A stretch of DNA of 64,000 nt from Desulfobacterales bacterium (lineage in GTDB: Bacteria; Desulfobacterota; Desulfobacteria; Desulfobacterales; UBA5852): NCBI GenBank assembly GCA_963674755.2, contig CAXXVS010000001.1, forward strand, positions 896,001 to 960,000. Direction: 5' to 3'. How positions within the stretch are numbered: position 1 is the first letter of the stretch; every line of letters begins with the position of its first letter. The notes under the pieces are model-generated. The model was not told where the DNA came from. It saw nothing but the letters and a program-made list of their open reading frames with translations, and did not search any database. The translations under genes and the position numbers were made by a program. Shown piece by piece: positions 39,632-50,390 of the stretch.

Positions 39632-42055
39632 ATGAAACAGAACACGGGAAATCTTATGTGGCTTCCACTCCTTGCGATAGCGCTTAGATGGCGACGCGGC
39701 CGGCAGCGCTGCTGCACCATGGCTGTCTTTCTGGTATTGAGTCTGGCCATCTTGTTCGGGGCGGGCCCGCCAGACGCGCATTCCGCTGCGGCGCCGCAGG
39801 CTCCGTCCGCATCCGGCGCGCCCCCCGGAGAGTTGGCTAAGCTCAAGACCTACACCCCGGAGCAGCTCCGGGCGGCGCTGGCCACCCTCAGCGACGAGAA
39901 CGCGCGCAAACTACTATTGGCAGCGATCGATCAACTGGCCGTGAGCGCATCCGCAGAAGCGCCCGATGTGGCCGCCCAAACGGGCATTACCGCCTTCATG
40001 CATCACCTCGAGACGCTTTTTACGAAGATCCCCCCCCGGCTTAAAGCCGTCGTGCGGGGTGCGACGGAACTCCCCACCGAAATGGGAACCGTTTTCGATC
40101 AAATGACGGCTGGTCAGGGCGCCCGGCGGCTCATTTTCCTTCTCATGGGCGTGATCGCCATCCTGCTGACAAGCTACGGGGTGGAACGCCTGTTGAGACG
40201 CACGCCCCTCCAGTTCCGGGCCCACCTGGACATGCCATTGTTGGGCGGTATGGCGCGATTCGGCGGCGGCATCCTGGCCGCGTTGTCCAACCTGTTGGGT
40301 ATTATGGTCTTTACGGTGACCGCCATAGCGTTGTTTCTGGTGTTTTTTGAGACCGCCGGGCCGGTGCGCCACTTATATGGCCCCATCCTGACCGCGGTTG
40401 TCATGGGGCGCTTGGGCATGCTGCTGATGGAGATCCTATGCGCGCCGCGACATCAAGCGCTGCGGTTGCTGCCCATGGAAGATGCCAGCGCGCGCTATCT
40501 CTACCGGTCGCTTTCCATGATCACCTGGGTTCTGGTCGTGGGGCTCATCCTGTCGAAATGGTTTGAGCGCATCGGCATCGCTCCTGACAGCTACCTGCTC
40601 GTCGACATCGGGGTGGGGACCCTATTGTTGCTCATGCTGGTCAGACTGGTGTGGCAAAATCGAACCTGTGTGGCCGGCGCTATAAAGGGCGATGGCGTGG
40701 CGGGGGCGGAACCCCCCGGCTGGCTCACCGAACAGTTTGCGGCCGTTTGGCACATTTTGGCATTGGCTTACTTGCTATCGATCTGGCTGGCATGTACGAC
40801 GCGCGCGCTTCTCTTCGGCCCGGATTTGGGTGGCGCCCTTATCCGCAGCCTGCTCGTCGTCCCCCTTTTTCTGCTATTGGACCGCGTGCTGAATCAAATT
40901 TTGCCGGCCATCTTCGGGCCCGGCGGAGAGATCCAGAAGGGAAGCGAGGCTATCCCGAACAATGAGCCGGATGACGAACCGGCGCCTGTCAAAACGTTGC
41001 GCTCCAAACTTCACGTTATCCGAAACTCCAGCCGGGCCGTCATTTTCCTGATTCTGCTGGTCTGGCTGCTGCGTGCGTACGGCATCGAAGTGCCCTTTGC
41101 CGCCAAGATCGCTGACCGCGGGTTTGAAATACTGATCACCATCGCGTTGGCCCTGGTCGCCTGGCGATGGCTCAATGCCTACGTGGCGCGCAGACTTGCG
41201 GAAACCGCGCCTCCGCCTCCGGAAGAGGAGGAAGAGGAAGATGAGTTTGCCGGCGTTGTTCTGGACCGCAGCCATACCCTTTTGCCCATGCTGCGGAAAT
41301 TCTTCGGCACGGTACTGGTCGTCATGGTCATTATGATCGTCTTGTCTTCCCTGGGCGTCGACATCGGCCCCCTGATCGCCGGGGCGGGCGTGATCGGGAT
41401 CGCGATCGGCTTCGGGGCCCGCAAGTTGGTGGCCGACGTCATCTCCGGCTTTTTTTTCCTCATGGACGACGCCTTCCGGGTGGGGGAATATATCCAGGCC
41501 GGGGGCGTCTCGGGAACCGTGGAGGCGACCACCCTGCGCAACGCCATGATACGCCACCATTTGGGAGCCCTCCAGATCGTGGCCTATAGTGACATGGGAA
41601 CCGTCAACAACTATATGCGGGGCGGCATGGTGGTCAAAATAATGTTCGACCTGCCCTATGATACGGATATCGAAAAGGTGCGCAAGATTGTCAAAAAGGT
41701 CGGCCAGAAGATGCTTGCCGACCCCGAATACAGCTCAGATTTCATTCAGCCTATCAAGTCCCAGGGGGTCTACAAGGTCGGCAACTCGGTGCTGACGTTT
41801 CGGGTGAAGTTCACGGCCAAGCCGGGCAAACAATTTGTCATCAAGCGGGAAGCCTTCCGCTTGATCAAGGCCGCATTGGAAAAAAAAGGCATTTATTTCG
41901 CCCACCGCAAGGTGATCGTCGAAATACCGGAAACACAGGCCGTTTCTGCGGGCGATGGGAAGGATCATGCGGCTGCCACGCGTGAGGAGAAATTGATGGC
42001 GGGCGCCGCCGCCCTGGATTCGATCATCAACGAGAAAAAGGGCGACGATAAGTGA
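39632..42055 (+). CDS. MscS family mechanosensitive channel (YbiO-like)
   Basis: IGPLIAGAGVIGIAIGFGA, DVISGFFFLMDDAFRVGEYI; start uncertain. Confidence 0.88.
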   Translation: MKQNTGNLMWLPLLAIALRWRRGRQRCCTMAVFLVLSLAILFGAGPPDAHSAAAPQAPSASGAPPGELAKLKTYTPEQLRAALATLSDENARKLLLAAIDQLAVSASAEAPDVAAQTGITAFMHHLETLFTKIPPRLKAVVRGATELPTEMGTVFDQMTAGQGARRLIFLLMGVIAILLTSYGVERLLRRTPLQFRAHLDMPLLGGMARFGGGILAALSNLLGIMVFTVTAIALFLVFFETAGPVRHLYGPILTAVVMGRLGMLLMEILCAPRHQALRLLPMEDASARYLYRSLSMITWVLVVGLILSKWFERIGIAPDSYLLVDIGVGTLLLLMLVRLVWQNRTCVAGAIKGDGVAGAEPPGWLTEQFAAVWHILALAYLLSIWLACTTRALLFGPDLGGALIRSLLVVPLFLLLDRVLNQILPAIFGPGGEIQKGSEAIPNNEPDDEPAPVKTLRSKLHVIRNSSRAVIFLILLVWLLRAYGIEVPFAAKIADRGFEILITIALALVAWRWLNAYVARRLAETAPPPPEEEEEEDEFAGVVLDRSHTLLPMLRKFFGTVLVVMVIMIVLSSLGVDIGPLIAGAGVIGIAIGFGARKLVADVISGFFFLMDDAFRVGEYIQAGGVSGTVEATTLRNAMIRHHLGALQIVAYSDMGTVNNYMRGGMVVKIMFDLPYDTDIEKVRKIVKKVGQKMLADPEYSSDFIQPIKSQGVYKVGNSVLTFRVKFTAKPGKQFVIKREAFRLIKAALEKKGIYFAHRKVIVEIPETQAVSAGDGKDHAAATREEKLMAGAAALDSIINEKKGDDK

Positions 42056-42256
42056 GCGCGCAACGGACCGGAGCCCATTTGCGGACTGGAATGGGACGCA
42101 ACAAATGAAAGGGCTGTAATACTTTTAGTTCGGGGGTATCCCGGTGGCTGAACAACGTCGGGCCCCAGCCGTGATCTGCCGTCGCGGCGGATCAGAGTGC
42201 GCATCGGAGAGTGGCGGAAAAAGCCGACTCCGGCAATCGTGTCAGGGAGACACCAA

Positions 42257-42637
42257 ATGGGTTTTCATCTCGATATGTGGGACTGGGTAACCTTCGCGAC
42301 GCTGGCCATCATCGTGGCGGGCTTTGTCCTGGCGTTGATTTTCATTATGGAGCTTCCGGGCAAGATCGCCATAGCCCGCAAGCACCCGGAGGCGGAGGCC
42401 GTCAGAATGATGGGGTGGGTCGGCTTCGTGGCGATCGTCCCCTGGATCCAGGCCTTTATCTGGGCTTTCAAACCCACCAACGTGGTAGACATCCGACGCT
42501 TTCCCGGGGAGGAGGCGATGGTCACCGAAAAGGAAATCCAGCGGCTCAGCGGCAAAACCGCGTCAGCGGAATCGCCCGATCCTGAAAAAGAGAAATCAGG
42601 CCATCACCACCGCAAGAAAAAAGAGGGAGATAGCTGA
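42257..42637 (+). CDS. DUF3302 (YiaW/YibI-like) membrane protein
   Basis: LPGKIAIARKHPEAEAV...GWVG...WIQAFIWA; start at ATG 42257 with GGGAG RBS. Confidence 0.82.
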   Translation: MGFHLDMWDWVTFATLAIIVAGFVLALIFIMELPGKIAIARKHPEAEAVRMMGWVGFVAIVPWIQAFIWAFKPTNVVDIRRFPGEEAMVTEKEIQRLSGKTASAESPDPEKEKSGHHHRKKKEGDS

Positions 42638-42639
42638 CC

Positions 42640-43791
42640 ATGGTTGCCGCCCTGCTTATCACCGCGATTGCCGGGATGCTCATCTGGCTGGTATTTTTCA
42701 AGTTCAAGTGGATCCGGTTCACCTACGGTTGGGGGTTTTTCCTTTCCTTTTTCCTGGTCCACCTGCTCCTGGTCTTTCTCATCGGACTGCGTTTCGTAGC
42801 CCCCTACACGACGGACGCCAGGATGGTTCAGCACACCATCCAGCTCATTCCGCGGCTGCCCGAACCGACCCTCGTGACGGCGGTCCTGGTCGAGCCGAGT
42901 GCCCCCATAAAAAAGGGCCAGCCCTTGTTCCAGTTCGACCGGCGACCCTATGAGTACAAGGTCCGGCAGCTCGAGGCGGCGCTGGCCGCGGCCCGGCAGA
43001 ATGTCCTGGTGCTCAAGGCGGAGCAGGACGCCGCCGCCGCCAGCGTGGCCAAGGCCAAGGCCGAACTGCGATACGCCGACACCGAACTCCAGCGCCAGAA
43101 GATGCTTGTGCCGCAACGCGCCAGTTCGGTGGAAGATTTGCAGAAGGCCGCAGCGCGCCGACAGGCGAACCGAGCTGCGGTCACCGAGGCCCAGGCGGAG
43201 TATGAACGCGCGCGGATCAAGTACGACGCGCAGATCAATGGCGAAAATCCAACGGTTGCCGAAATAAATGCGGAACTGGCCCAGGCCCGCTATTACCTGG
43301 GCAACACCACCATGACGGCGCCCGAGGACGGCACCATCATCAATATCCAGGTGCGCCCGGGCATGGTGTCCGGCATTGTCCGGTTCGGGGCCATCGCTTC
43401 TTTCATCGTCGATGCCGATCGCTACCTTATCGGCACCTTTTTCCAGCCGCAGCTCAAGTACGTCAAGGACGGGCAGCCCGTGGAGGTGGCCATGGACCTG
43501 TACCCCGGGCAGATTTTCAAGGCCAAGGTGGAGACCATCTGGTGGGCCAGCGGCGAGGGACAGATGCTGCCCAGCGGCACCCTGCCGGCCTTCCAACCGG
43601 CGCCGAAGGACGCCCCCCAGGGTCAGTTCGCCGTGAGAATTCGCTTCGATGCCGAGCATCAAAATCGGTTTCCGATCGGGGCGCAGGGTGCGGTGGCCAT
43701 CTATACCGGCGGGGGCGGCTTTGCCGCGCTGCGGCGGATCGCGATCCGCACCTATTCCTGGCTGAACTGGCTGTACCCGCTCCCGTTCTGA
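42640..43791 (+). CDS. HlyD family membrane-fusion protein (YiaV/YibH-like)
   Basis: N-terminal TMs, KKGQPLFQFD lipoyl half-motif, coiled coil, APEDGTI, YPGQIF. Confidence 0.9.
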   Translation: MVAALLITAIAGMLIWLVFFKFKWIRFTYGWGFFLSFFLVHLLLVFLIGLRFVAPYTTDARMVQHTIQLIPRLPEPTLVTAVLVEPSAPIKKGQPLFQFDRRPYEYKVRQLEAALAAARQNVLVLKAEQDAAAASVAKAKAELRYADTELQRQKMLVPQRASSVEDLQKAAARRQANRAAVTEAQAEYERARIKYDAQINGENPTVAEINAELAQARYYLGNTTMTAPEDGTIINIQVRPGMVSGIVRFGAIASFIVDADRYLIGTFFQPQLKYVKDGQPVEVAMDLYPGQIFKAKVETIWWASGEGQMLPSGTLPAFQPAPKDAPQGQFAVRIRFDAEHQNRFPIGAQGAVAIYTGGGGFAALRRIAIRTYSWLNWLYPLPF

Positions 43792-43883
43792 CGGGGTGTC
43801 GCGAAATGGTGCCCCGTGCCTTTTTTTCAACCACGGCCTGGGGGAATTTGAACAAAAAGACATCACTGGAAAAGGAGAAAAAC

Positions 43884-44375
43884 ATGAGTACCTTGATTGT
43901 TGTCGGCTATGACAATGCGTTCAAGGCCGAAGAGGTTCGACTGACGCTGCGCAAACTGCAGAAGGATTATTTGATCGATCTGGAAGACGCGGTCGTGGCG
44001 GTGAAGGATGCCAAGGGCAAGGTCAAACTGCACCAGGCTGTCAATCTGACCGCGGCCGGTGCCATCGGCGGCGGGTTCTGGGGCTCCCTGATCGGGTTGA
44101 TCTTCTTGAATCCGCTGCTCGGGGCGGCGGTGGGCGCCGCTGCGGGCGCTGTGTCCGGGACCCTTTCCGACGTCGGCATCAACGATAAGTTCATGAAGGA
44201 CCTGGCGGATCACCTGAACCCCGACAGTTCGGCGCTTTTCGTCCTGGTGCGCAAGGCCACGCCGGACAAAGTGCTTGCGGAGTTAAAGGGATCGGGTGGA
44301 AAAGTTCTCCAGACGTCGCTATCGCATGACGACGAGGCCAAACTCCAGGTGGCCCTGGACACGGCCCGAGCGTGA
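43884..44375 (+). CDS. DUF1269 family membrane protein
   Basis: IDLEDAVV, GGFWGSLIGLIFL, DVGINDKF, SSALF; start at ATG 43884 with AGGAG RBS. Confidence 0.85.
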   Translation: MSTLIVVGYDNAFKAEEVRLTLRKLQKDYLIDLEDAVVAVKDAKGKVKLHQAVNLTAAGAIGGGFWGSLIGLIFLNPLLGAAVGAAAGAVSGTLSDVGINDKFMKDLADHLNPDSSALFVLVRKATPDKVLAELKGSGGKVLQTSLSHDDEAKLQVALDTARA

Positions 44376-46036
44376 TGGACGCGCAAAAAGGGGCACTGAT
44401 CATGTCCATTACAGCCCTGGGCAAATACCGGGTTGCCGCGATGGCGGCTTCAGCGAGCCACCGTGAGCAGCGAATACTCTCGATGGTGGTTCTCGCCTGC
44501 GTCCTGGTTTTGACCGGTTGCGTCAAGGTGGGCCCCGACTTCATTCGCCCCGAGACGCAAATCCGGCAGCAGTGGATGGAGACGGACGGCTTCGCGGCGC
44601 AGACCTCGCCCGCCGATTACCGCACCTGGTGGAACGTGTTCCGGGACCCCGTGCTCGACACGCTCGTTCAGATCGCCTATGCGCAAAACATACCGTTGCG
44701 CGTGGCCGGCGCCCGAGTGTTCGAGGCGCGTGCCCGCCTGGGGATCGCCATCGGTGATCAATATCCCCAGGTTCAGCAGATGGGGGGCTCCGTATCGAAC
44801 ATCCGGGAGAGCGAGCAGGCGCCCTCGGCACCTCAGAAGACGGTGTCGTCAGACAAATACCAATACGATCAGGTGCAGGCAACGATGGCGGCCGGCTGGG
44901 AAATCGATTTTTGGGGCAAGTTTAGAAGTGCCGTGGAATCTGATAATGCGGAGTTTCTCGGTTCAATTGCCGCCTACGACAATGCCCTCGTCAGTCTTAC
45001 GGCCGATGTGGCGCGCGCCTACATCGTCATTCGCACGCTTGAAGAGCGCTTGCGAATCGCTCAGAAAAACGTGGGCCTCCAGAAAGAAAGTCTGCGGATC
45101 GCGCAAACCCGTTTTGACGCCGGAGCCGCCAACGGTCTCGACGTCGACTTGGCCATGACCCTTCTGCGAACCACCGAGGCGAACATTCCTCCCCTAGTGG
45201 CTTCCCTCCGGCAGGCCAAAAACGCCCTCTGTATCCTGCTGGGCATGCCGCCCGGCAACCTCGATCACTTGATGGGCAAGGGGTCAACCATCCCGCAGGC
45301 CCCTCTGGAGGTGGCCGTCGGCATTCCCGCCGACCTTCTCCGGCGCCGGCCGGACATCCGCCAGGCCGAGCTCCAGGCCGCCGCCCAGTGCGCCCTCATC
45401 GGCGTGGCCAAGTCGGACCTCTATCCGGCTTTCAGCCTGAACGGGGCCTTTGGGTTTCTGGCGAGCGATGTGGGCAGTTTTGCCCTCAGCGACGTCACAA
45501 ACTGGAGCAGCCGTTCCACCTCAGTCGGTCCTTCGTTCACCTGGAATATTTTCAACTATGGGCAGATCACCAACAACGTCCGGGTGCAGGACGCGCGTTT
45601 CCAGGAGCTCATCTTCGGCTACCAGAACACCGTGCTGCGCGCCCAGCAGGAGGTGGAGGATGCTTTGAGCGGTTTCCAGCAGGCCCAGAAAGGGTTGATC
45701 CGCCGGGCGGAGGCGGTGGAAGCTTCCCAAAAAACGGCCGACCTGGCCATGATTCAGTACCAATCGGGTGCCACCAATTACACGACTGTGATCACCGCCC
45801 AGCAGTTTCTGCTCGCCAACCAGACCAACCTGGCCTTTGCTCAGGGCGACTTGCCCCAAGCCCTGATTGCCATTTACCGCGCCCTGGGGGGAGGCTGGGA
45901 ACTGCGGTCTGGCAACCCGTTCCTGCCCGCCGCGATCACCACCTCCATGGGCAAGCGCACGAATTGGGGCGGTCTGCTTGAGCCGGCCGCGGTTCAACCG
46001 CTCGATAACCGGCAGCTCCTGACACCCGATTGGTAG
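44372..46036 (+). CDS. efflux outer-membrane lipoprotein (NodT/TolC family)
   Basis: LTGC lipobox, WEIDFWG, PADLLRRRPDI and YRALGGGW; true start probably downstream. Confidence 0.92.
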   Translation: MMDAQKGALIMSITALGKYRVAAMAASASHREQRILSMVVLACVLVLTGCVKVGPDFIRPETQIRQQWMETDGFAAQTSPADYRTWWNVFRDPVLDTLVQIAYAQNIPLRVAGARVFEARARLGIAIGDQYPQVQQMGGSVSNIRESEQAPSAPQKTVSSDKYQYDQVQATMAAGWEIDFWGKFRSAVESDNAEFLGSIAAYDNALVSLTADVARAYIVIRTLEERLRIAQKNVGLQKESLRIAQTRFDAGAANGLDVDLAMTLLRTTEANIPPLVASLRQAKNALCILLGMPPGNLDHLMGKGSTIPQAPLEVAVGIPADLLRRRPDIRQAELQAAAQCALIGVAKSDLYPAFSLNGAFGFLASDVGSFALSDVTNWSSRSTSVGPSFTWNIFNYGQITNNVRVQDARFQELIFGYQNTVLRAQQEVEDALSGFQQAQKGLIRRAEAVEASQKTADLAMIQYQSGATNYTTVITAQQFLLANQTNLAFAQGDLPQALIAIYRALGGGWELRSGNPFLPAAITTSMGKRTNWGGLLEPAAVQPLDNRQLLTPDW

Positions 46037-46265
46037 GGCTGTTCTAAAATGGAGGCGAACCGAAGCCTGGACGACCGCGCCTTTGGGCCGGTGGTCCGAA
46101 AACAGAATGGATCCAAGTTTGAAATACAGACCGCGCCTATCGACGAGGCATTTTTAAAAGAAAGCATTAATCAAATAAGCATTCGCAGCGATGGACAACG
46201 ATAAATGAGCGCATTGATGATGAACGCCAATTCTAAAGGGAAAGCATGCTCCTGAAGGAGGTCTC

Positions 46266-46604
46266 ATGAAACGGATACTGATATTAACGGCGGTTGTAAT
46301 AGGGGTCACGCTGGGGGCTTTCCCGACGGGCCTTATGGCCCAGAGCTTTGGGACAGACCAAGGGGCCCAGGGCGGGGAATGTTATTTCCAGGCCAGCGAA
46401 GACACCTATCTCAAAATCTATTACCTCGGCAAGAGTGGGGTCGAACGCCAGGCCGTCTGGGAAGGCTTCCTGGCGGCGGGGGAAACCAAAGCCTACAATG
46501 CGCCTTACGGTACGGTTGGATTCGCCACCAAGCAGGCCCCGAACGATCCCTGGAACGAAGACCAGCAGGCATGCGCCAATGGGGAGGCGATCGATATCCC
46601 CTGA
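46266..46604 (+). CDS. secreted hypothetical protein
   Basis: AAGGAGG RBS, signal peptide, two Cys. Confidence 0.75.
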   Translation: MKRILILTAVVIGVTLGAFPTGLMAQSFGTDQGAQGGECYFQASEDTYLKIYYLGKSGVERQAVWEGFLAAGETKAYNAPYGTVGFATKQAPNDPWNEDQQACANGEAIDIP

Positions 46605-46704
46605 TGGCCCGGCGGCCGCAACTGAAGCGGCGCTCTCATTTTTGCGCATTGCCAACACGGTGACGTATTAAGCAGATCCATAACCCAAGGAAAGGAAACG
46701 ACGG

Positions 46705-47379
46705 ATGAAAAAGCTAATCGGAGTCATGGCATCGGTATTGTTGCTGGCGAGCTGTGCCAGCATGGACGGCGGCAGCATGTCGGCGGCCCAGCAGAACGAA
46801 ACGGGTTTTTTGAAGGGCTATTACAATCGGCTGCAGCCCGGGCCGGAGGGGGGCGCCAAGCTGCGCTGGATCAAACCCAATGTGGACTTCGCCCGCTACA
46901 ACTATGTCATGCTGGACAGTGTGGAGTACTTCTTTGCCAAGGACTCGGAATACAAGGGCATCAACGCCGATGAACTGAAGTCCCTGGCCGACCAGTTCAA
47001 CAAGACCCTGGTGGATACGCTCAAAGATTCCTATCCCATCGTGACGGAGCCGGGCATCGACGTCGTGCGGATCCGCTTTGCCATCACGGATCTCAAACAA
47101 AGCTATCCGGGCTTGAGCGCCGTCACGACCATCGTCCCGGTGGGATTGGGCATCAGCATCATCAAGAAAGGGGCCACCGGATCCTGGACCGGCTCGGGCG
47201 CCACCAGCGCGGAGATGATGGCCCTCGACTCCATGACCAACGACGTGATCGCCGTGGCCCAGGACGAGCGAAGCGCCAGTTTCGGTGAGCGGTTTACGAA
47301 ATGGGGCTCGGCCGATGACGCTTTCAAATACTGGGCCGAGCGGGTCAAACTCTACCTCGACACGGTCCATGGGAAATAG
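46705..47379 (+). CDS. DUF3313 lipoprotein
   Basis: LASC lipobox, GFLKGYY, RIRFAITD and FKYWAER motifs. Confidence 0.82.
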   Translation: MKKLIGVMASVLLLASCASMDGGSMSAAQQNETGFLKGYYNRLQPGPEGGAKLRWIKPNVDFARYNYVMLDSVEYFFAKDSEYKGINADELKSLADQFNKTLVDTLKDSYPIVTEPGIDVVRIRFAITDLKQSYPGLSAVTTIVPVGLGISIIKKGATGSWTGSGATSAEMMALDSMTNDVIAVAQDERSASFGERFTKWGSADDAFKYWAERVKLYLDTVHGK

Positions 47380-47697
47380 GCCCGATTGGCGCGGGACCGT
47401 GGCCGTCGCTGAAACCGGTTGGCGGCCGAAGCCGAACGGATGACCCGCGCCACTATTTCCCACGCGCTCGATGCGAAGCAGGGACAATATCGCCAATAGG
47501 TCCAGCAGAGCCCCAAGGCCTTGGAGTGAAGTGCCTTTGATAAGCTCTGTCCGTACTGGTGGATGCCAACCTAGGGAAACCGGATCGCTCGCCAGATGTG
47601 CTCAGACCTGACAAGGCGGCAAATCCAACGACATGATGAAGAAGGCACGACGACTAGCCGGAGGGGCCGGATAATTTTTTTATCAAGGGAGACTATA

Positions 47698-48804
47698 ATG
47701 AAGGTGCGTATTACGATTTGCATCACTGTTTGTCTGGTTGTGGCCACGGTTTTCGCACTGCCTGCCAGTGCTTTTGAGATCATCACGGCCGACGACATCA
47801 AGGAAAACGTTATAACGCGGGATATGCTCATCGCCACGGCGGATAATTTCATTATCCTTTACGATGCCTCGGGCTCGATGGCGGCCAGCTACAAACCGGG
47901 CGTCCAGAAGCTCGATGCGGAGCTGGAAATCCTGAAACAGCAGAACAAGATTCTCCCCAACCTGGCTTACAATGCAGGCCTGTATTCCTTTACGCCTTTT
48001 AAAGCCTACTACGACGTGCAGCCCTACGACCGGCAGAAGTTCCAGGCGGCCATCGACCAGTTGCCTAACACCAAGACCGCCGGTGGCTTTGAGGACCAGC
48101 CGACGCCGCTGGCCGAAGGCCTGGCCGCCCTGGATCCGATTCTGGCCAAGCTCGATGGCAAGACCGTGGTCTTCATCTTTACGGACGGCACTTACACCTA
48201 CAATCGGGTGACCAAGGAGCGGCCCCTGGATGCGGCCAAACCCCTGGTGGATAAATATAACGTCTGTATGTACCTGATCAGTTCGGCCACGACGCCCAAG
48301 GGCGAAAAACTGCTCGCTGACATGGCCGCCCTCAACGAGTGCTCGCGGGTCGTGCCTTTCGACGCGCTCTACAACAATCCGTTGTGGGGCCAGGGGGCGC
48401 TTTTCGTGGTGAAATCCACCACGGATGTGGTCACCACCACCGATCGCAAGGTCGTGGGGGCCAAGGCTGAGAACATCAATTTCGCATTTGACCAGGTCGC
48501 CATCCAGGCCGGGGATCACGAGAATCTGAAGCAGGTGGCGGAATTCCTTCAGAACAATCCCAATGCCTATGCGGCCTTGGCCGGTTTCACGGACAACGTG
48601 GGGAATCCGGAGTACAACCTGCATCTTTCGCGGCTGCGGGCTGAGAGCGCCAAGAACTACATCCTGGAGCAGGGCCGCATCGACCCGGCCCGGGTGGTGC
48701 TTTTCTGGTACGGGGCCACCAACTTCATCGCGACCAACGACACGCCCGAGGGGCGCGCCAAGAACCGCCGGGTGGAGATCGCCATTGGCATGATAGGCGA
48801 GTGA
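47698..48804 (+). CDS. vWA plus OmpA-like peptidoglycan-binding protein
   Basis: MIDAS DASGS, TPL and TDG; C-terminal GFTDNVG...NLHLSRLRA...NRRVEI. Confidence 0.88.
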   Translation: MKVRITICITVCLVVATVFALPASAFEIITADDIKENVITRDMLIATADNFIILYDASGSMAASYKPGVQKLDAELEILKQQNKILPNLAYNAGLYSFTPFKAYYDVQPYDRQKFQAAIDQLPNTKTAGGFEDQPTPLAEGLAALDPILAKLDGKTVVFIFTDGTYTYNRVTKERPLDAAKPLVDKYNVCMYLISSATTPKGEKLLADMAALNECSRVVPFDALYNNPLWGQGALFVVKSTTDVVTTTDRKVVGAKAENINFAFDQVAIQAGDHENLKQVAEFLQNNPNAYAALAGFTDNVGNPEYNLHLSRLRAESAKNYILEQGRIDPARVVLFWYGATNFIATNDTPEGRAKNRRVEIAIGMIGE

Positions 48805-48878
48805 TAACGGCATCCGGTTGGCAGGCATCGACCTGCCAACCGGTTACAATGATAGATGAAGAAAGAAAGGTCGTTGCA

Positions 48879-49391
48879 ATGAATTTGATTTCAGCAAAGG
48901 GCAAGACGGCGATTGGCGCAGTACTGGCCGGGATTTTTCTGACGACTTGGCTGGCAGGCTGTCAATCCTTCCCCCAGCGGGATATGGGAAAATTCGTGCC
49001 CGACTTCAATCGGGTAGCGATCCCCAGTAACGGGGGGACGGGCTCCCAGACCTTCAAGACCAACGATATGTCGATCAATTACCAGGACATGCGCGTCGGA
49101 GATCAGTTGAAGGTTTGGGGCTCGGGAGAGATTCGCTTTGAGAGTATCAACCAGCTGGTCTTTCACCTCTATTTCCTGGATGAGCGGGGGCAGGTGATCA
49201 CCATCGACAACTTTTTTTCCTATGTGGACCACAGTGATTTCGAAGCATTGAACTTCGGAAAGCGCCACTTCCACCGTGATTTTACGATACCCGACGGTGC
49301 GGTGGCCTTCGCCATTGGTTACGACGGCGTAACGGGCCGTGTCCCGGGATCGTTCGCGATACCGTTTTCACATTATCCGTTCGACGAATAA
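48879..49391 (+). CDS. hypothetical lipoprotein
   Basis: LAGC lipobox after a hydrophobic stretch. Confidence 0.7.
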   Translation: MNLISAKGKTAIGAVLAGIFLTTWLAGCQSFPQRDMGKFVPDFNRVAIPSNGGTGSQTFKTNDMSINYQDMRVGDQLKVWGSGEIRFESINQLVFHLYFLDERGQVITIDNFFSYVDHSDFEALNFGKRHFHRDFTIPDGAVAFAIGYDGVTGRVPGSFAIPFSHYPFDE

Positions 49392-49671
49392 GGTTGTCTA
49401 TACCCCCAGGCCCCTTGCCGGTTCTCGGGTGAGCGCAAAGCGGCCCGCCGGCTAGGCGGGGCGCCATTGCAAGCGGCCATTCGAACCGCACCGCAGGCGG
49501 GGATACGTTTTCAACAAGGCATGGCTGAAGGCCTCCTCCCCTTGGAATTCACGGCGGCGAGGAGGCCTTGTCGGATTTACCGAGAGGGGCGCCCCTTGAT
49601 CGTCGACCGATCGGTGGTGCCCCTGCCTCACTTACAGAATAGGCGGCCTAACGACTGCAAAGGAGACCATT

Positions 49672-50145
49672 TTGAAAAGGAGGGACATGATCAGAAAGCG
49701 CCCGTCCGCCATGCAACTGCCGTTTACCGATGCCCAACGATTCTTAGGGTGTGGTTTAAGCGTCATCGTTCTCGTCTCGGTCATCATGATCGCAGCGGCC
49801 GCACGGGCCGCCGATGCCCCCGCCGCTCAAGCCCCGGCCGACCCGGTGCAGGTGGTGGGAATCTGGCAGCGGATGGACGGCGAGTATGTCCTGGAGCTGC
49901 GCAATCCCACCTTCGACGGCCGGCTGGAAGCGATTTATTTAAATCCCCGACCGATCCATGTTGCGCGTTCGGGATGGGTCCTTAAGGATGGCGACCTCAT
50001 GGTGCGGGTGGAATTGCGCGACAAAGGCTATCCCGGGAGCACCTATACGCTGGCTTACCAACAGGCCACCGACCGCCTGGTGGGGATCTATTTTCAAGCG
50101 GTTGCGCAACAGCAGTTCGAGGTGGTGTTTAAACGGGTCGAATAA
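49672..50145 (+). CDS. secreted hypothetical protein
   Basis: Signal-like segment then GIWQRMDGEY...YLNPRPIHV...YPGSTY; start uncertain. Confidence 0.7.
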   Translation: MKRRDMIRKRPSAMQLPFTDAQRFLGCGLSVIVLVSVIMIAAAARAADAPAAQAPADPVQVVGIWQRMDGEYVLELRNPTFDGRLEAIYLNPRPIHVARSGWVLKDGDLMVRVELRDKGYPGSTYTLAYQQATDRLVGIYFQAVAQQQFEVVFKRVE

Positions 50146-50390
50146 ACGGGCCCGCATTGGCGACATTTTACCGATCGATGCCGAAATGGGCGATGGCGAG
50201 GGACGGGCGGTGAGAAACGCCCCGGCGACAGTGTGCTGGCGTAAAAGACCTTCCCCCGTGATTCCCTCTGCCCGCTGCGACCGCACCGGAACCCGTGCGG
50301 CACTTCTTTGATCCGAAGAAAAGCAATACGGTTCATTCTGCCTCCCCGTGACGGCTTCAATAGAGATACCCCGTAGAAAGATGGCTCCCC

